64,000 nucleotides of DNA from an uncultured Acidobacteriota bacterium (lineage in GTDB: Bacteria > Acidobacteriota > JAQAZP01): positions 288,001-352,000 of the forward strand of contig CAWIIB010000009.1 of assembly GCA_963836075.1 (NCBI GenBank). Reading direction: 5' to 3'. Position numbers and translations under genes: made by a program. Under the pieces are notes generated by a model, which was given only the letters and a program-made list of their open reading frames with translations, was not told where the DNA came from and ran no database searches. Of the stretch, positions 52,251 through 62,784 are shown piece after piece (position 1 is the stretch's first letter; every line of letters begins with the position of its first letter).

Positions 52251-54158
52251 TATTTTCGTCCTTTCCACGAGGTCGGTTACCGAAAGCCCGCCAGCCAACC
52301 TGGCCAGGCGGGAGGCGGTATCCGGCCGGTTCATAAACTCAGGCGTCAGCGGCGGCTCGTGCAGCACGCGCCGCAGGGTCAGTTCCTTGATGATCGGTAT
52401 GTGCTCGGTGGCGATCTTGCCGATGAACAGCGGTCCCAGCTCGCCGCCGCCGGCCAGGTGGTCCAGCAGTTCCGCCAGGCCGCGGAGATAGATGGCGTCC
52501 TTGCTCAGCCCGCCGCCGCGGTGCACCCGCATCACCAGGGTGAAGGCGGCGCGCTGCTCGATCTTCTGCTCGTCGCGGATCGTGCGGAAGTTCTCGACAA
52601 AGCTCGCGCCATCCACCATCTGCTTCACCGCCAGCACCCGGGCGGCCAGCAGGCGCAGCCGCGGCCGGCTCAACCCGCCCACCAGGTATTCGGCCAGCAC
52701 GGCCAGGCCCTCCTGCAGCGCCTCGTACCCGGCCAGACCGGCGCTGAGCAGCCGCAACGGCTGGGACCGGCCGTTGAACCAGGTCAGCGAGTGGGTGCCG
52801 ATCTCGTGCTGCAGCAGCGCCTCGGCCCGCCGCACCGGGATACTGCTCCCCGCGCCCACCATCAGCGAACCGCGGGAAACCATCAGGCCGCTGCCCATGT
52901 CCCGGCGGATCTCCACCCCGGCCTTGAACCCGGACCACTTCCCGCGGTAACGGGCGATCTCCTCCCGGGCCAGGCCGGCAAACGCTTCCGCCGCCAGCCG
53001 GCCGCCCCCGGCATCATCCCGCGCCCGCGGGGGGAACCGCTGCAGGATCTCGTCGGCCATGGCGCCCAGTTCGTCGCTCACCCTGCCGTAGATCTGCAGC
53101 CCCCCGTAGAGGAAACGCGGGGTGCCGAGGTCGCAGAGCATGGTGATCTGCCGGTCCAGCTCGTCCTGCTTCTGGCGGAAGATGCGGGCCAGCGTCGGGT
53201 CCTCCACCCGCTCCAGCGCGATGGCGTAAAGCCGGCGCTTGAGCGCCGACGGGTCCACCGGCACCGGCCGGTAGCGGAAGAGCGGCGCCCGCTGGAACCG
53301 GCCGCGCCGGAACACGTTCCACGCCTGGGCGGCATTGACCGGAGTGGCCTGGATCAGCAGGTCGAACTGCTCGGCCACTTCGGCCAGCAGCCGGTCCACC
53401 TGCCAGACCGCCTTGACCACCGCGTTCCGGCCCAGCACGTGGAAGTGCCGGGGACGGTGGGAGGTGCAGGCGCGGCTGAACTCGAAGAAGGTGCGCTGCA
53501 GCGCCCGGCTCAGCTGGCGCCGCAGGGCGCGGAGCACCAGCGGGTACTCCAGTCCGCTCACCGGGTCGCGGTAGACCGGGTTGATCTCGAGGACCAACTG
53601 GCTGCAGTTCAGTTCCGCGGCGTCGGCCGCGGGGATCAGCGGGGCGAGACGACCCGCTGAGACAGATCGCGAACGAATAACCTCCACCTGGGCCCGGCGT
53701 TTCTGCAGACGGACCAGACGCAGCGACTTTTCCAGGACAGCCACCGGGCCGTCGATGCTTTCGTCGCGCGGGGCGCGGAGCCGAAAAGCCGGCACCGGCC
53801 CTTCATCGGGGCCGAGACCGAAGCGGTCAGCGGGTACGGCCCGGACTTCCAGCACCAGAAAGGCGCCGAACAACGGGCCGACGGTCCGCACCACCTGCCC
53901 GGCCAGGGCGGCCAGCCCCGGCCGTTGGCGGGTCAGGGTTGAGCCGATGAGGTAGGAGGCCTCGGTGGTCACCAGCTTCTCCGTCCCCTGGTCCGCTCCC
54001 ATTTTTGGCTGGCGGTAGAGGCAGAGAAAGGGCAACTGGCGGTCGACGTGCAAGCGCCCGCCTTCGGGCAGGCTCCGGCGGACCTGCTTGTTGGCGGCCA
54101 GACGCAGGCCCACCTGGGTAACCAGCCGGTCGGTGATGGTTGTCTGCCTGGGGACCAT
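52250..54158 (-). CDS. QEGLA-motif (DUF1704-like) gluzincin metallopeptidase
   Basis: HEIGTH, LQEGLA, RVHRGGGLSKDAIYLRG; in frame with the ATP-grasp gene in this assembly. Confidence 0.88.
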
Positions 54159-54162
54159 GGAT

Positions 54163-54945
54163 CTACATCCGCTCCAGTTCTTCGATCACGCCGGGAACGG
54201 TGGAGCGCAGGGCGTCGCCCACCGCGGCCAGCAGGGCCGGGTCAGGCACGCCGGTCCACTCGTCCATGAAGAACTTCTTGAATTCGATGGCGATGGAGCA
54301 GCCGGTGCGGGGGAAGGTTTCGTGGACCCAGCCGGAGAACCTGGCGCCGCGGAACTTCACGTTCTCCCGCACGTCGAGCGGGCCGCCGGGGAAAGGGTAG
54401 GCCCGCAGATCGGCGATGAAGCGCTCCACCACCGGCGCCCAGAAGCGGCGGTCCATGCTGCCGGTTCCCAGGTTGACCTGGGGGTTTCCGGCCGGATCTT
54501 CCGGTTCGGCGCCGGGGCCGCCCCGGCGGTGGTTGTAGCTGTGCAGGTCGAAGACCATGAACCGGCCGTGCTGCCGCGCCATCTCCGAGAAGAGCTGTTC
54601 CATCGCCCGGTAAAACGCATCGTAACCGGCGAGGGACCGCTGGGCCACGTCGGCCGGCAGCTCACCCTTCCAGACCTTGAGGCCCCAGGCGTCCTCGGGC
54701 GTGCGGTAGACCGCCTTGCCCCGGGGCCGGTTGAGGTCCACCTCGAAGCGCGAGTGGCGCCCGATGACCCGCGTGGGGCAGATGGCGGTCCACTGGCCGG
54801 TGAAGGGGTCTTCCTCCCGCAGGCGGTCCGCCTCGGGAAGGTTCATCACCTGCTCCACCTCGGGTCGCAGCTCGTGGCCGTCATGGACCGCCGCGGCGGC
54901 CACCGGCCCCTTGCCCTGTTCCAGTGTCCAGATCGTACTCGTCAT
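54163..54945 (-). CDS. N-formylglutamate amidohydrolase-family protein
   Basis: HDGH, REEDPFT, SRFEVDLNR, DLHSYNH, ENVKF, AIEFKK. Confidence 0.88.
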   Translation of the reverse strand: MTSTIWTLEQGKGPVAAAAVHDGHELRPEVEQVMNLPEADRLREEDPFTGQWTAICPTRVIGRHSRFEVDLNRPRGKAVYRTPEDAWGLKVWKGELPADVAQRSLAGYDAFYRAMEQLFSEMARQHGRFMVFDLHSYNHRRGGPGAEPEDPAGNPQVNLGTGSMDRRFWAPVVERFIADLRAYPFPGGPLDVRENVKFRGARFSGWVHETFPRTGCSIAIEFKKFFMDEWTGVPDPALLAAVGDALRSTVPGVIEELERM

Positions 54946-55155
54946 ATCAACACCCTCAGCCGGCAGACGTCGTTGCTGCGACCACCGACAGTTCACCGGT
55001 GCAGCGGAACGTCACCGGTGGATTTGATTCCCTGGTTCAGATGTCTGCCGGGACAGCGAAAGGTAATCCGCGAAATGCACGGACTCTAATACTGTAACAC
55101 GCCGGGAGAATGCAATAAAAAAGTAGCGTTTGATCGAGGGGCCGGGGCCCGGCTC

Positions 55156-56148
55156 TCACGGCCCCCAGCGGGCGCGGAAACCGCGGGTGTCGGTGTGAAC
55201 GAAGGGGCCGTGGCTGCGGTTCTTTTTGTAGCGCCCCAGGCCGCCGGTAAACGGCTCGTACCACGGCTTGCCGAACATGCCGTCGATGATGTCGTAAACC
55301 ACCGCCGCGTCACGGTAATCGACCGTCCCGTCACCGTTGAGATCGTCCATATCGCCGTCGGCCGGCTGCTCGTCGATGTAGATATCGGCGGCGTCGCCCC
55401 AGAGGTGGCGGCTGTATTCGACGTTGCCGATGTCGCGGTTGTACGCCGGTGTGCGGTAGCCGCTGAGGATGGCAAAGGTCCGGGCCGGGTACCCCGCCTC
55501 GTTCACCGCCTCGAGGACCAGTTCCAGTTTGAGCAGCAGCCTCACGCGGAGCGCCACGTATTTCGGGTATCCCCCGGCCTGCTTGCAGAGAAACTGCTTC
55601 AAGCGGAAATGCGGCGCGATCAGCGTCTCGGCGTTTGCCGGGGTCACCTCCACCAGGCCCGCCGGCGCCCGGTAGATCGGGAGCCGGCGCAGGGGGATCG
55701 ACGGATACTCGCCGATGCGGTAGCCGTTGAGCGTGCCGTTCTTCACCCGGGACAGCGGCGCCATCACAAAGGCGTTGAGCCGCATCTGCCTGCCGGAGGG
55801 CGAACCGGTGATCCTGACCCGCACCAGGCCGGGCCGCCCACCAGGGGTCCAGCGCCACTTCCGGCCCGACACTGTTTCCACCCGCCCGCTTTCCGCCTCC
55901 AGAGTGTAACCGTCGCCATCGCCGGCATCGAGCACTTCGAAGACGGTGGGCGTCCCGGGCATCACGTAGACACCGAACACCCGGTACGGTATCCGCTCGT
56001 CACCCACGGAAACGGTGAACCCGGCCCGTTCGGCGGAGAACGGTGGGCGGTCGGCAGCCGCAGCGCCGCAGGCGGCGCAGGCCGCCATGATTGCTGCAAT
56101 GACCAGCAGCGCCGCGGGCCGCCCGCTGCGGCACGGGATGCCGCTCAT
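55156..56148 (-). CDS. Peptidase M15-family (D-Ala-D-Ala carboxypeptidase/MepK-like) exported protein
   Basis: SGYRTPAYN, SRHLWGDAAD, FVHTD. Confidence 0.85.
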   Translation of the reverse strand: MSGIPCRSGRPAALLVIAAIMAACAACGAAAADRPPFSAERAGFTVSVGDERIPYRVFGVYVMPGTPTVFEVLDAGDGDGYTLEAESGRVETVSGRKWRWTPGGRPGLVRVRITGSPSGRQMRLNAFVMAPLSRVKNGTLNGYRIGEYPSIPLRRLPIYRAPAGLVEVTPANAETLIAPHFRLKQFLCKQAGGYPKYVALRVRLLLKLELVLEAVNEAGYPARTFAILSGYRTPAYNRDIGNVEYSRHLWGDAADIYIDEQPADGDMDDLNGDGTVDYRDAAVVYDIIDGMFGKPWYEPFTGGLGRYKKNRSHGPFVHTDTRGFRARWGP

Positions 56149-57821
56149 CGGCCGGCACCGGCGGCGATGACCGGCGGCTCGGCCATCGCCTCGTTCAGCG
56201 CGCCGTCCCGGTCGTAGATGTCCCGGCGAAACTGGATCTCGCCGTTCTCCTCGGCCCAGGCGGTCCAGTAGAGCAGGTGCACCGGGATCGGCCGGGGCAG
56301 GGTCACCGTCTGTTCGCGTCCCGAGGCCACGGCCGCGGCGATCTTGCCGCGGTCCCAGGCGGGATCTTCGGCCAGCAGGTATACCGCCAGCTCCAGCGGC
56401 TTTTCGGTGCGGATGCAGCCGGAGCTGAAATCCCGCTGGGGCTGCGAAAAGAGCTCCCGCGTGGGCGTGTCGTGAATGTAGACATTGAACTTGTTGGGGA
56501 ACATGAATTTCACCTGGCCCAGCGCGTTGAGCGGGCCCGGCTCCTGCCGCAGCCGGTAGGGGAACCGCTCGCGGTCCAAAGCCTTCCAGTCCACGCCGGC
56601 GGGGTCGATCTCGCGGGCGTCGGCGCCCCAGCCCTGGAAAACCTTGATCCCCATCCGGGCGAAGTAGGTCGGGTCCTTGAGGATCTCGGGCAGCTTGTCC
56701 TGCACGGCAAGGTTGTGCGGGACGTTCCAGGAGGGGCTGAACACCAGGTAGGTCATCAGGGAGCTGAACACCGGAGTCCGGCGGAAAGGCCGGCCGACGA
56801 TGGCCCTCATGTTGAGTGCCGACCGGTTGTCCTGCACCACGTCCAGCTCGAAGTTGGCGATGTTGACCAGGATGTGGCGCCGGCCCAGGTCCTTGGGCAG
56901 CCAGCGCCAGCGCTCCATGTTGGCCAGCAGTTGTTCGACACGCTGCTTCGCCGGCACGTTGAGCGCCTCGATGCTCTTCGGCCCGACGACGCCGTCGGCG
57001 GCCAGGCCGTGCCGCCGCTGGAACCGCCGCACCGCTTCGGCCAGGATATCGTCGAAAACCTCGCCCCCGGCCGACCCGGCATCGAGATCGCCCGACGCGG
57101 CCAGCCGGGCGGAAAGCAGTCTGACCCGCTCGCCGGTGTCCCCGGCTTCCAGCTTTTCCCCGCCGGGCACCGGCGCCCAGCCCCCCGCGGCGTGCAGTGC
57201 ACGGTAGCGGGCCAGCGCCTGCCGCATGCAGCCGTACCCGTCGTGGGCTGGACGCAGGCCGTCAAGGGCGGCTTCGATCCCGGTCCCCTCAAGGGCGTTT
57301 TCCAGCACATCGGCCAAATCCCCCTCACGGCGGCTGGCGTGCCACTGGGGGTCCACCGTCTCCGGGTCGAGACGCCCGGAGAGCAGGTGAGAGCCACAGA
57401 CCAGGAACGCATCGCTGAGCAGGAGGTCCAGGTCGGCCAGCCGGCCGAGGCTGAACGGTTTCCCCGCATCCCGGTTCGCCTTCACCTCCTCCAGGACCTG
57501 GACGATTCCGGCCAGGTGGTAATCCGACGGGTTGAGCCCGTCAGCGGACAGACCGCGGATCGCGGCCACCATCGCCTCGGCCCGCGGTCCCGGCCCCGCC
57601 TCACCGGACCAGGCCGGCCGGAAGCCTCGACGTTCGTAAAACACCGGCAATACCCGGCTGGCATGAACCCGCTCGCCGTTGACCTCTATTCGCGGCGGCA
57701 CTCCCGCCGCCTCGATCCGTGTTCGGATATGTTCATCCAGCCGTTCAACCAGCAACCGGGCATGGGCTGGAACAGAGGCAAGGGCGACCAGCACGGTGAT
57801 CAGCGTGAGCCGGCGCATCAT
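56145..57821 (-). CDS. L,D-transpeptidase (YcbB/LdtD-like)
   Basis: PG-binding domain FQRRHGLAADGVVG, NMERWRW, YIHDTP..SSGCIR. Confidence 0.92.
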   Translation of the reverse strand: MMRRLTLITVLVALASVPAHARLLVERLDEHIRTRIEAAGVPPRIEVNGERVHASRVLPVFYERRGFRPAWSGEAGPGPRAEAMVAAIRGLSADGLNPSDYHLAGIVQVLEEVKANRDAGKPFSLGRLADLDLLLSDAFLVCGSHLLSGRLDPETVDPQWHASRREGDLADVLENALEGTGIEAALDGLRPAHDGYGCMRQALARYRALHAAGGWAPVPGGEKLEAGDTGERVRLLSARLAASGDLDAGSAGGEVFDDILAEAVRRFQRRHGLAADGVVGPKSIEALNVPAKQRVEQLLANMERWRWLPKDLGRRHILVNIANFELDVVQDNRSALNMRAIVGRPFRRTPVFSSLMTYLVFSPSWNVPHNLAVQDKLPEILKDPTYFARMGIKVFQGWGADAREIDPAGVDWKALDRERFPYRLRQEPGPLNALGQVKFMFPNKFNVYIHDTPTRELFSQPQRDFSSGCIRTEKPLELAVYLLAEDPAWDRGKIAAAVASGREQTVTLPRPIPVHLLYWTAWAEENGEIQFRRDIYDRDGALNEAMAEPPVIAAGAGR

Positions 57822-59279
57822 GGGGTGTCCTGTTCAGTGGCCTCGACAACCACCGCCACCGCCACGTCGGGCCACTGCCCCCCCAGGGGCTGGATCGACG
57901 GCGGGGCGATGATCTTGCAGAAAATGGTCGTGGACTCGCGAATCGTCCCGAGATAGACCGGCGTGGTGAGCAGAGTGGTGTTGCTGTCGCCGCCGCTTTC
58001 CGCCGCGCGCACCCGGACCGTTGCCGGGGAAACGCGAACCTCCCCCATCAGCAGACCCTCGGGCAGGGTGCCCACCAGCTGCGGCTGTATCCGGTATTCC
58101 TGTTCGCGGATCTCGTTCAGGGTCACCTCGAACGACGGCGGGATCGGCTTCGAGCAGGCTGATCCCCCGGGGCAGCGAAACGTTATCCTCGGTGATCACC
58201 ACCGTCTGTGTCCCGGGCAGGGCGCCGGACAGGTCCACTCTCACCTGCAGACGGAAGGGGTCGAGCCGTTCCAGCTCGCTCAGCGGGCCGGCCAGGCGCA
58301 GCAGGGCATCGACCCGTTTCTCGCCGCCCAAGCCGAGGTGGGAAGGCAGGGAGACGTACTCGACGGGTGCTGAAATCACCCGTTCCCGCACCTCGTATTG
58401 CCGGTACACCACCGCGGACCAGAAAAAAATCGCCAGGACCAGCGGGATGATCAGCGACAGGGCGACACTTCGCGTCCCGCCCTCGGCAGTTCGGACCGGC
58501 AGGATGACCAGCGACCGCTGCCAGTGGGCGATGAGCTCCTCCTCGAAGACTTCCCGGCTCTCGATCACCCGGCCCCGGCCGCCGCTGAACAGCATCACCG
58601 TCCCCCGTTCTTCGGAAACCACCGCCACCAGGGCATCGGTCACCTCGGTCAGACCGGCGGCGGCGTGGTGCCGGGTCCCCAGGGTCTCGGGGAGCAGGTT
58701 CGACCGCGACATGGGGAGCCGGACACCCAGCGCGGCCAGCCGGCCGTCCTCCACGATCACCGCCCCGTCGTGACCGGGGGAGTGGACCTCGAAAATACTC
58801 TGCAGCAGCGTCAGGCTGGGCTGGCCGTCCACCGGGTGCCCGCCGTGAACCCACTCGGCGATCGACTCGCGGCCCGGCATAACCAGCAGCGCCCCCACCC
58901 GATCGCCGGCCAGGGCGAAGGCGGTTTCAGCGAGGGTCCCGGCCAGGCCGCCGCCCGGTCCGCTCCGGCGCTGGCGGTGCAGCGAGGCGGCCCGCTCGAA
59001 GATCTTGCGGATTTCGGGCTGGAAAATGACGATCAGGGCCACCAGGGCCACCGGGCTGAGGTTGGAAAAGATCCACTCCAGCCCGCGCAGCTGGAGCAGG
59101 CTGGCCAGGAAGAACACCGCCGCGGTGAGCAGAATCCCGGCGAGGATCTTCCAGGTCCCCAGCCGGCGCAATGTCCGGTAGGCGATGAAAAGGGCCAGGG
59201 TGATCAGCAGGATGTCGAGGACTTCGCGCCAGCCGAAGACTTCGAAGAACGTGCGCATTGAGAGGATCGTTGATTCCAT
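57818..59279 (-). CDS. Diadenylate cyclase (CdaA-like) fused to TM and YbbR-like domains, frameshift near 58130
   Basis: 3 TMs, IFQPEIR, HDGA, GTRHHAA, VSEE; then TM and VRVDLS YbbR-like repeats. Confidence 0.85.
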
Positions 59280-59418
59280 GGTCACCACTGAACGGGCAGT
59301 CCGGCCCCTGCACCCTGCCTGCACCATGATATTGAAATCGACACAATCGAAGCATCGCCCCGGTCACAGATCACTATAGACGTGATCTGCAGGGGATAAC
59401 AAGGGACTGGAACTCCTG

Positions 59419-60102
59419 TCACATCCCCTTCCCCGCCACTCCCCTCACCCACTCGACCCAGCCGTCGAACCCTTCGCCGGTCTGGGCCGACAGTTCGGCC
59501 AGCGGGATCGCGCCGTTGATCTTTCGCAAGTTGGCCCGGGCGGCATCCAGATCGAACTTCAGGTGGGGCAACAGGTCTGTCTTGCTCAGCACCGCCAGGT
59601 CCGAGACCCGGAAGGCGAGGGGATACTTGAGCGGCTTCTCCTCCCCCTCGGTCACCGAAAGCACGGCCACCCGGGCGGTCTGCCCCAGGTCGAACTCGGC
59701 GGGGCAGACCAGGTTGCCCACGTTCTCGATGAAGAGGAGGTCGAGGTCTGAAAGTGAAATCCGGTCCAGCGCCTGCTTCAGCGTGCCGGCCTCGAGGTGG
59801 CAGGCGCCGCCGAACCCCTCGGTCTGGATCTGGACCGTGGGGACGCCGAACCGGGAGATGCGCTCGGCGTCACAGGAGGTGGCGATGTCGGCGGCGATCA
59901 CGCCGACCCGCAAGGTCGCGCCCAGCCGTGAGATGGTCTCCTCGATCAGCGCCGTCTTTCCCGAACCGGGGCTGCCGATCACATCGATGACGCAGACCCC
60001 CGCCTCGGCGAAACGCCGGCGGTTCTCCTCAGCCAACCGGTCGTTGGCCTGCAGAATGCTGGTCACCACGCTGTATTTTCCGGGGCCTGCCTCATCCCTC
60101 AT
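59419..60102 (-). CDS. hypB: Hydrogenase nickel GTPase HypB
   Basis: GSPGSGKT, GACHL, ENVGNLVCPAEFDLG, KPLKYP. Confidence 0.95.
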   Translation of the reverse strand: MRDEAGPGKYSVVTSILQANDRLAEENRRRFAEAGVCVIDVIGSPGSGKTALIEETISRLGATLRVGVIAADIATSCDAERISRFGVPTVQIQTEGFGGACHLEAGTLKQALDRISLSDLDLLFIENVGNLVCPAEFDLGQTARVAVLSVTEGEEKPLKYPLAFRVSDLAVLSKTDLLPHLKFDLDAARANLRKINGAIPLAELSAQTGEGFDGWVEWVRGVAGKGM

Positions 60103-60447
60103 CTAGTCCACCTCCACGGCGAAAAGCTCCAGCTCCCGGCCGCTGACCAGCTCCAGGTCGGGCGACCCGCAGCCGGAGCAGAGAAAACAGGGTTCCTCGA
60201 TTTCAACACTGATCCCGCAGGCCCTGCACGTGCCCCGGACCGGCACCATGGTGATCTCCAGGGAACTGCCGGCAAGCGGGGTATCTTCCGCCAGGACACC
60301 ATAGAGAAACTTCAGGTTGTCCGGCACCACCGCGGTGAGCCGGCCCACGCGGACGGAGACGGTCTCCACCCGGCCGGCGATCTTCCCTCCGGCCAACTGC
60401 TGTTCAACCGCCTTGATGATGCTGAGCGCGATGGAGGCTTCGTGCAT
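60103..60447 (-). CDS. hypA: HypA
   Basis: MHE start, CxxC..CxxC, GREL. Confidence 0.95.
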   Translation of the reverse strand: MHEASIALSIIKAVEQQLAGGKIAGRVETVSVRVGRLTAVVPDNLKFLYGVLAEDTPLAGSSLEITMVPVRGTCRACGISVEIEEPCFLCSGCGSPDLELVSGRELELFAVEVD

Positions 60448-61442
60448 CAGCAGATCCTCGGCAACTGGGCGCCCCTGAGGGGGATCAGGGGCCGCCGGCC
60501 GCCGATGGCGGTTTCCAGCACCACACCGGCCGGACCGCTGTCCACCTCGCCGATCAGGGCGGCGCCCTCGCCCCGCGGGTGACCCCGCAGGAGTCCGAGC
60601 CCTGCTTCAGCCTGGTCGGCCGGCACCACGGCGACCAGCCTTCCCTCGCAGGCCACGTAGAGCGGGTCGAGGCCCAGCAGGTCGCAGGCCGCCGACACCT
60701 CGCGCCGCAGCGGGATGGCGGTTTGCCGGACCCGCATCCCCACACCGGACGCGTCGGCCAGGTCGATCAGCGCGGTGGCCAGGCCGCCCCGGGTGGGGTC
60801 GCGCATGCACCTCGCTCCCGGCACGGCGTCAAGCAGGGCGCCGGCCAGGTCGGCCAGCGGCTGGCAGTCGCTCTCCAGGCGGCCGGCGAGCCCGAACCCT
60901 TCACGGGCCGCCATCACCGCCACGCCATGGTCACCCACCGGCCCGCTGACCAGCACCGCATCGCCGGGACGGCAGGCCGCAGCCGACAGGCTGCGGCCCG
61001 GGGGTACCAGGCCCAGGCCGCTGGTGTTGATGAAGATCCCGTCCGCCTCCCCGCGGCCCACCACCTTGGTGTCCCCGCTGACCACGGCCACCCCGGCCTC
61101 CCGGGCGGTGCGCCCCATGGAGGCCACGATCCGTTCCAGGTCGCCGATGGAGAAACCTTCCTCGATGATGAACGCCGCGGTGAGCCAGCGCGGTTCGGCA
61201 CCGGCCACGGCCAGATCGTTCACCGTCCCGGCCACGGCGAGCCGGCCGATGTCCCCCCCGGGGAAGAAAACCGGGCGCACCACGAAGGAATCGGTGGTCA
61301 GCGCCACCCGCTCGGCCCCCGTCACCGTGGCTGCGTCCTCCAGCACCGCCGGCGCCCCGAGATGTTCGAGGAAAAGGCCGCGCACCAGCTCAGCGGTGGC
61401 CGCCCCCCCCTCGCCATGATCCAGGAGGATGATCCCGCTCAT
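60447..61442 (-). CDS. hypE: HypE
   Basis: TTDSFVV, MRDPTRGG, C-terminal PRIC. Confidence 0.95.
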   Translation of the reverse strand: MSGIILLDHGEGGAATAELVRGLFLEHLGAPAVLEDAATVTGAERVALTTDSFVVRPVFFPGGDIGRLAVAGTVNDLAVAGAEPRWLTAAFIIEEGFSIGDLERIVASMGRTAREAGVAVVSGDTKVVGRGEADGIFINTSGLGLVPPGRSLSAAACRPGDAVLVSGPVGDHGVAVMAAREGFGLAGRLESDCQPLADLAGALLDAVPGARCMRDPTRGGLATALIDLADASGVGMRVRQTAIPLRREVSAACDLLGLDPLYVACEGRLVAVVPADQAEAGLGLLRGHPRGEGAALIGEVDSGPAGVVLETAIGGRRPLIPLRGAQLPRIC

Positions 61443-62530
61443 TGGACTCCTCGCCGCTCGTATCGATACCAGGCCGCACAGGCCCCCTCGCTGGAAACCA
61501 TGCAGGGGCCCACCGGCCCCAGCGGGTCGCAGGTCTCTGCGAAGAGCGGGCAGTCGGGCGGGACGATCTTCCCCTTCAGCACGTCGCCGCAGGCGCAGCC
61601 CGGCGGCAGGTCCGCCGTCTCCTCCAGCTCCACCGGCAGGCGCGTCCCGGCGTCGAAGCCGGCATACTCCCCGTTCAGCTCGAGGCCCGAGCCGGGAATG
61701 GTCCCCAGGCCGCGCCAGGCGGCGTCGCAGCTCTGCAGCACCGCCGCCGTGACCTCGCGGGCCGCCGGGTTGCCTTCCGGCCGCACCGCCCGGCGGTACT
61801 GGATCTCCACCTCGGCCCGCTGCTCGGCCCGCTGGCGGAGCAGCATGGCGATCCCCTCGAGGATGTCCAGCCCCTCGAAACCGGTGACCACCGAGGGGAT
61901 GCGGTATTCGGCGGCGATCGGCTCGTAGGGCCGGCTGCCGATGATGGCACTGACGTGGCCGGGGAGAATGAACCCGTCGATGGCCGTTTCCTCGTCTTCC
62001 AGCAGGGCTTCCATCGCCGGCGGAATCAGCTTGAAGGCCGGCATGACGAGGAAGTTCTCCACCCCCGATTTTTTGGCCTGCTGCAGGGTGGCCGCCACGG
62101 TGGGGCTGGTGGTCTCGAAACCGATGCCGAAGAAGACCACCAGGCGCTCCGGCTCGGCCCGGGCCGCCCCCAGCGCCTCCATCGCCGAGTAGACCAGCCG
62201 CACGTCGCGACCGGCGGCGCGCTCCTGCTCCAGCGAGGAGGAGGAGCCGGGCACCCGCAGCATGTCGCCGAAGGTGGTCACGGTCACCCTGTCGAGGCGC
62301 CCCATGGCGATCACCTGGTCCACCGCGGAGCAGGGGGTGACACAGACCGGGCAGCCGGGACCGGAGAGCAGCCGGAGGTTTTCGGGCAGCCGGGCGCGGA
62401 GGCCCAGCCGGCAGATCGCCATGGTGTGGGTACCGCAGAGCTCCATCAGGTTGACCGGCCCCCGGGCCAGCGACCCGATCTCACCGAACAGCTCTTCGGC
62501 CCGGCCGCGCAGGGCCGCTTGACCGCTCAT
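61439..62530 (-). CDS. hypD: HypD
   Basis: CGTHT, GPGCPVCVT, GFETT, PGHVS, CMVSSEGACAA. Confidence 0.95.
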   Translation of the reverse strand: MSGQAALRGRAEELFGEIGSLARGPVNLMELCGTHTMAICRLGLRARLPENLRLLSGPGCPVCVTPCSAVDQVIAMGRLDRVTVTTFGDMLRVPGSSSSLEQERAAGRDVRLVYSAMEALGAARAEPERLVVFFGIGFETTSPTVAATLQQAKKSGVENFLVMPAFKLIPPAMEALLEDEETAIDGFILPGHVSAIIGSRPYEPIAAEYRIPSVVTGFEGLDILEGIAMLLRQRAEQRAEVEIQYRRAVRPEGNPAAREVTAAVLQSCDAAWRGLGTIPGSGLELNGEYAGFDAGTRLPVELEETADLPPGCACGDVLKGKIVPPDCPLFAETCDPLGPVGPCMVSSEGACAAWYRYERRGVQ

Positions 62531-62772
62531 CCCTCCGCCCCTTTGCCAGAGCCATCCGCCGTTCCGAACGCCTCGCCGAGCAGGGCCAGCGTCTCCTCCG
62601 CCTCCTCCCGGTCGAGGACCTGGATCGCGAACCCGGCATGGGTCAGAACGTACTGGCCCACTTCCACTGCGGAGAGGAGCTGGATGTGGACCGTGCGCTC
62701 GGTGCCGCCGAAGTCGACCCTGGCGGTCTCCCCCTCGATCCGGATCACCTTCCCTGGTACTGCGAGACACAT
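62527..62772 (-). CDS. hypC: HypC
   Basis: MCLAVPG..HAGFAI. Confidence 0.95.
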   Translation of the reverse strand: MCLAVPGKVIRIEGETARVDFGGTERTVHIQLLSAVEVGQYVLTHAGFAIQVLDREEAEETLALLGEAFGTADGSGKGAEG

Positions 62773-62784
62773 TTGCCGCTCCGT

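Noticed and set aside
48977-53660. Long antisense ORFs (768 aa, 723 aa, and similar ones elsewhere)
   Set aside because: Shadow ORFs of high-GC genes with no recognisable motifs.
51204-54158. Genuine 984-aa QEGLA-GshB fusion
   Set aside because: The junction reads GAAAGGACGAAAATAATG; removing one A from the homopolymer gives a TAATG stop/start overlap with an RBS, so it is most likely an indel artefact.
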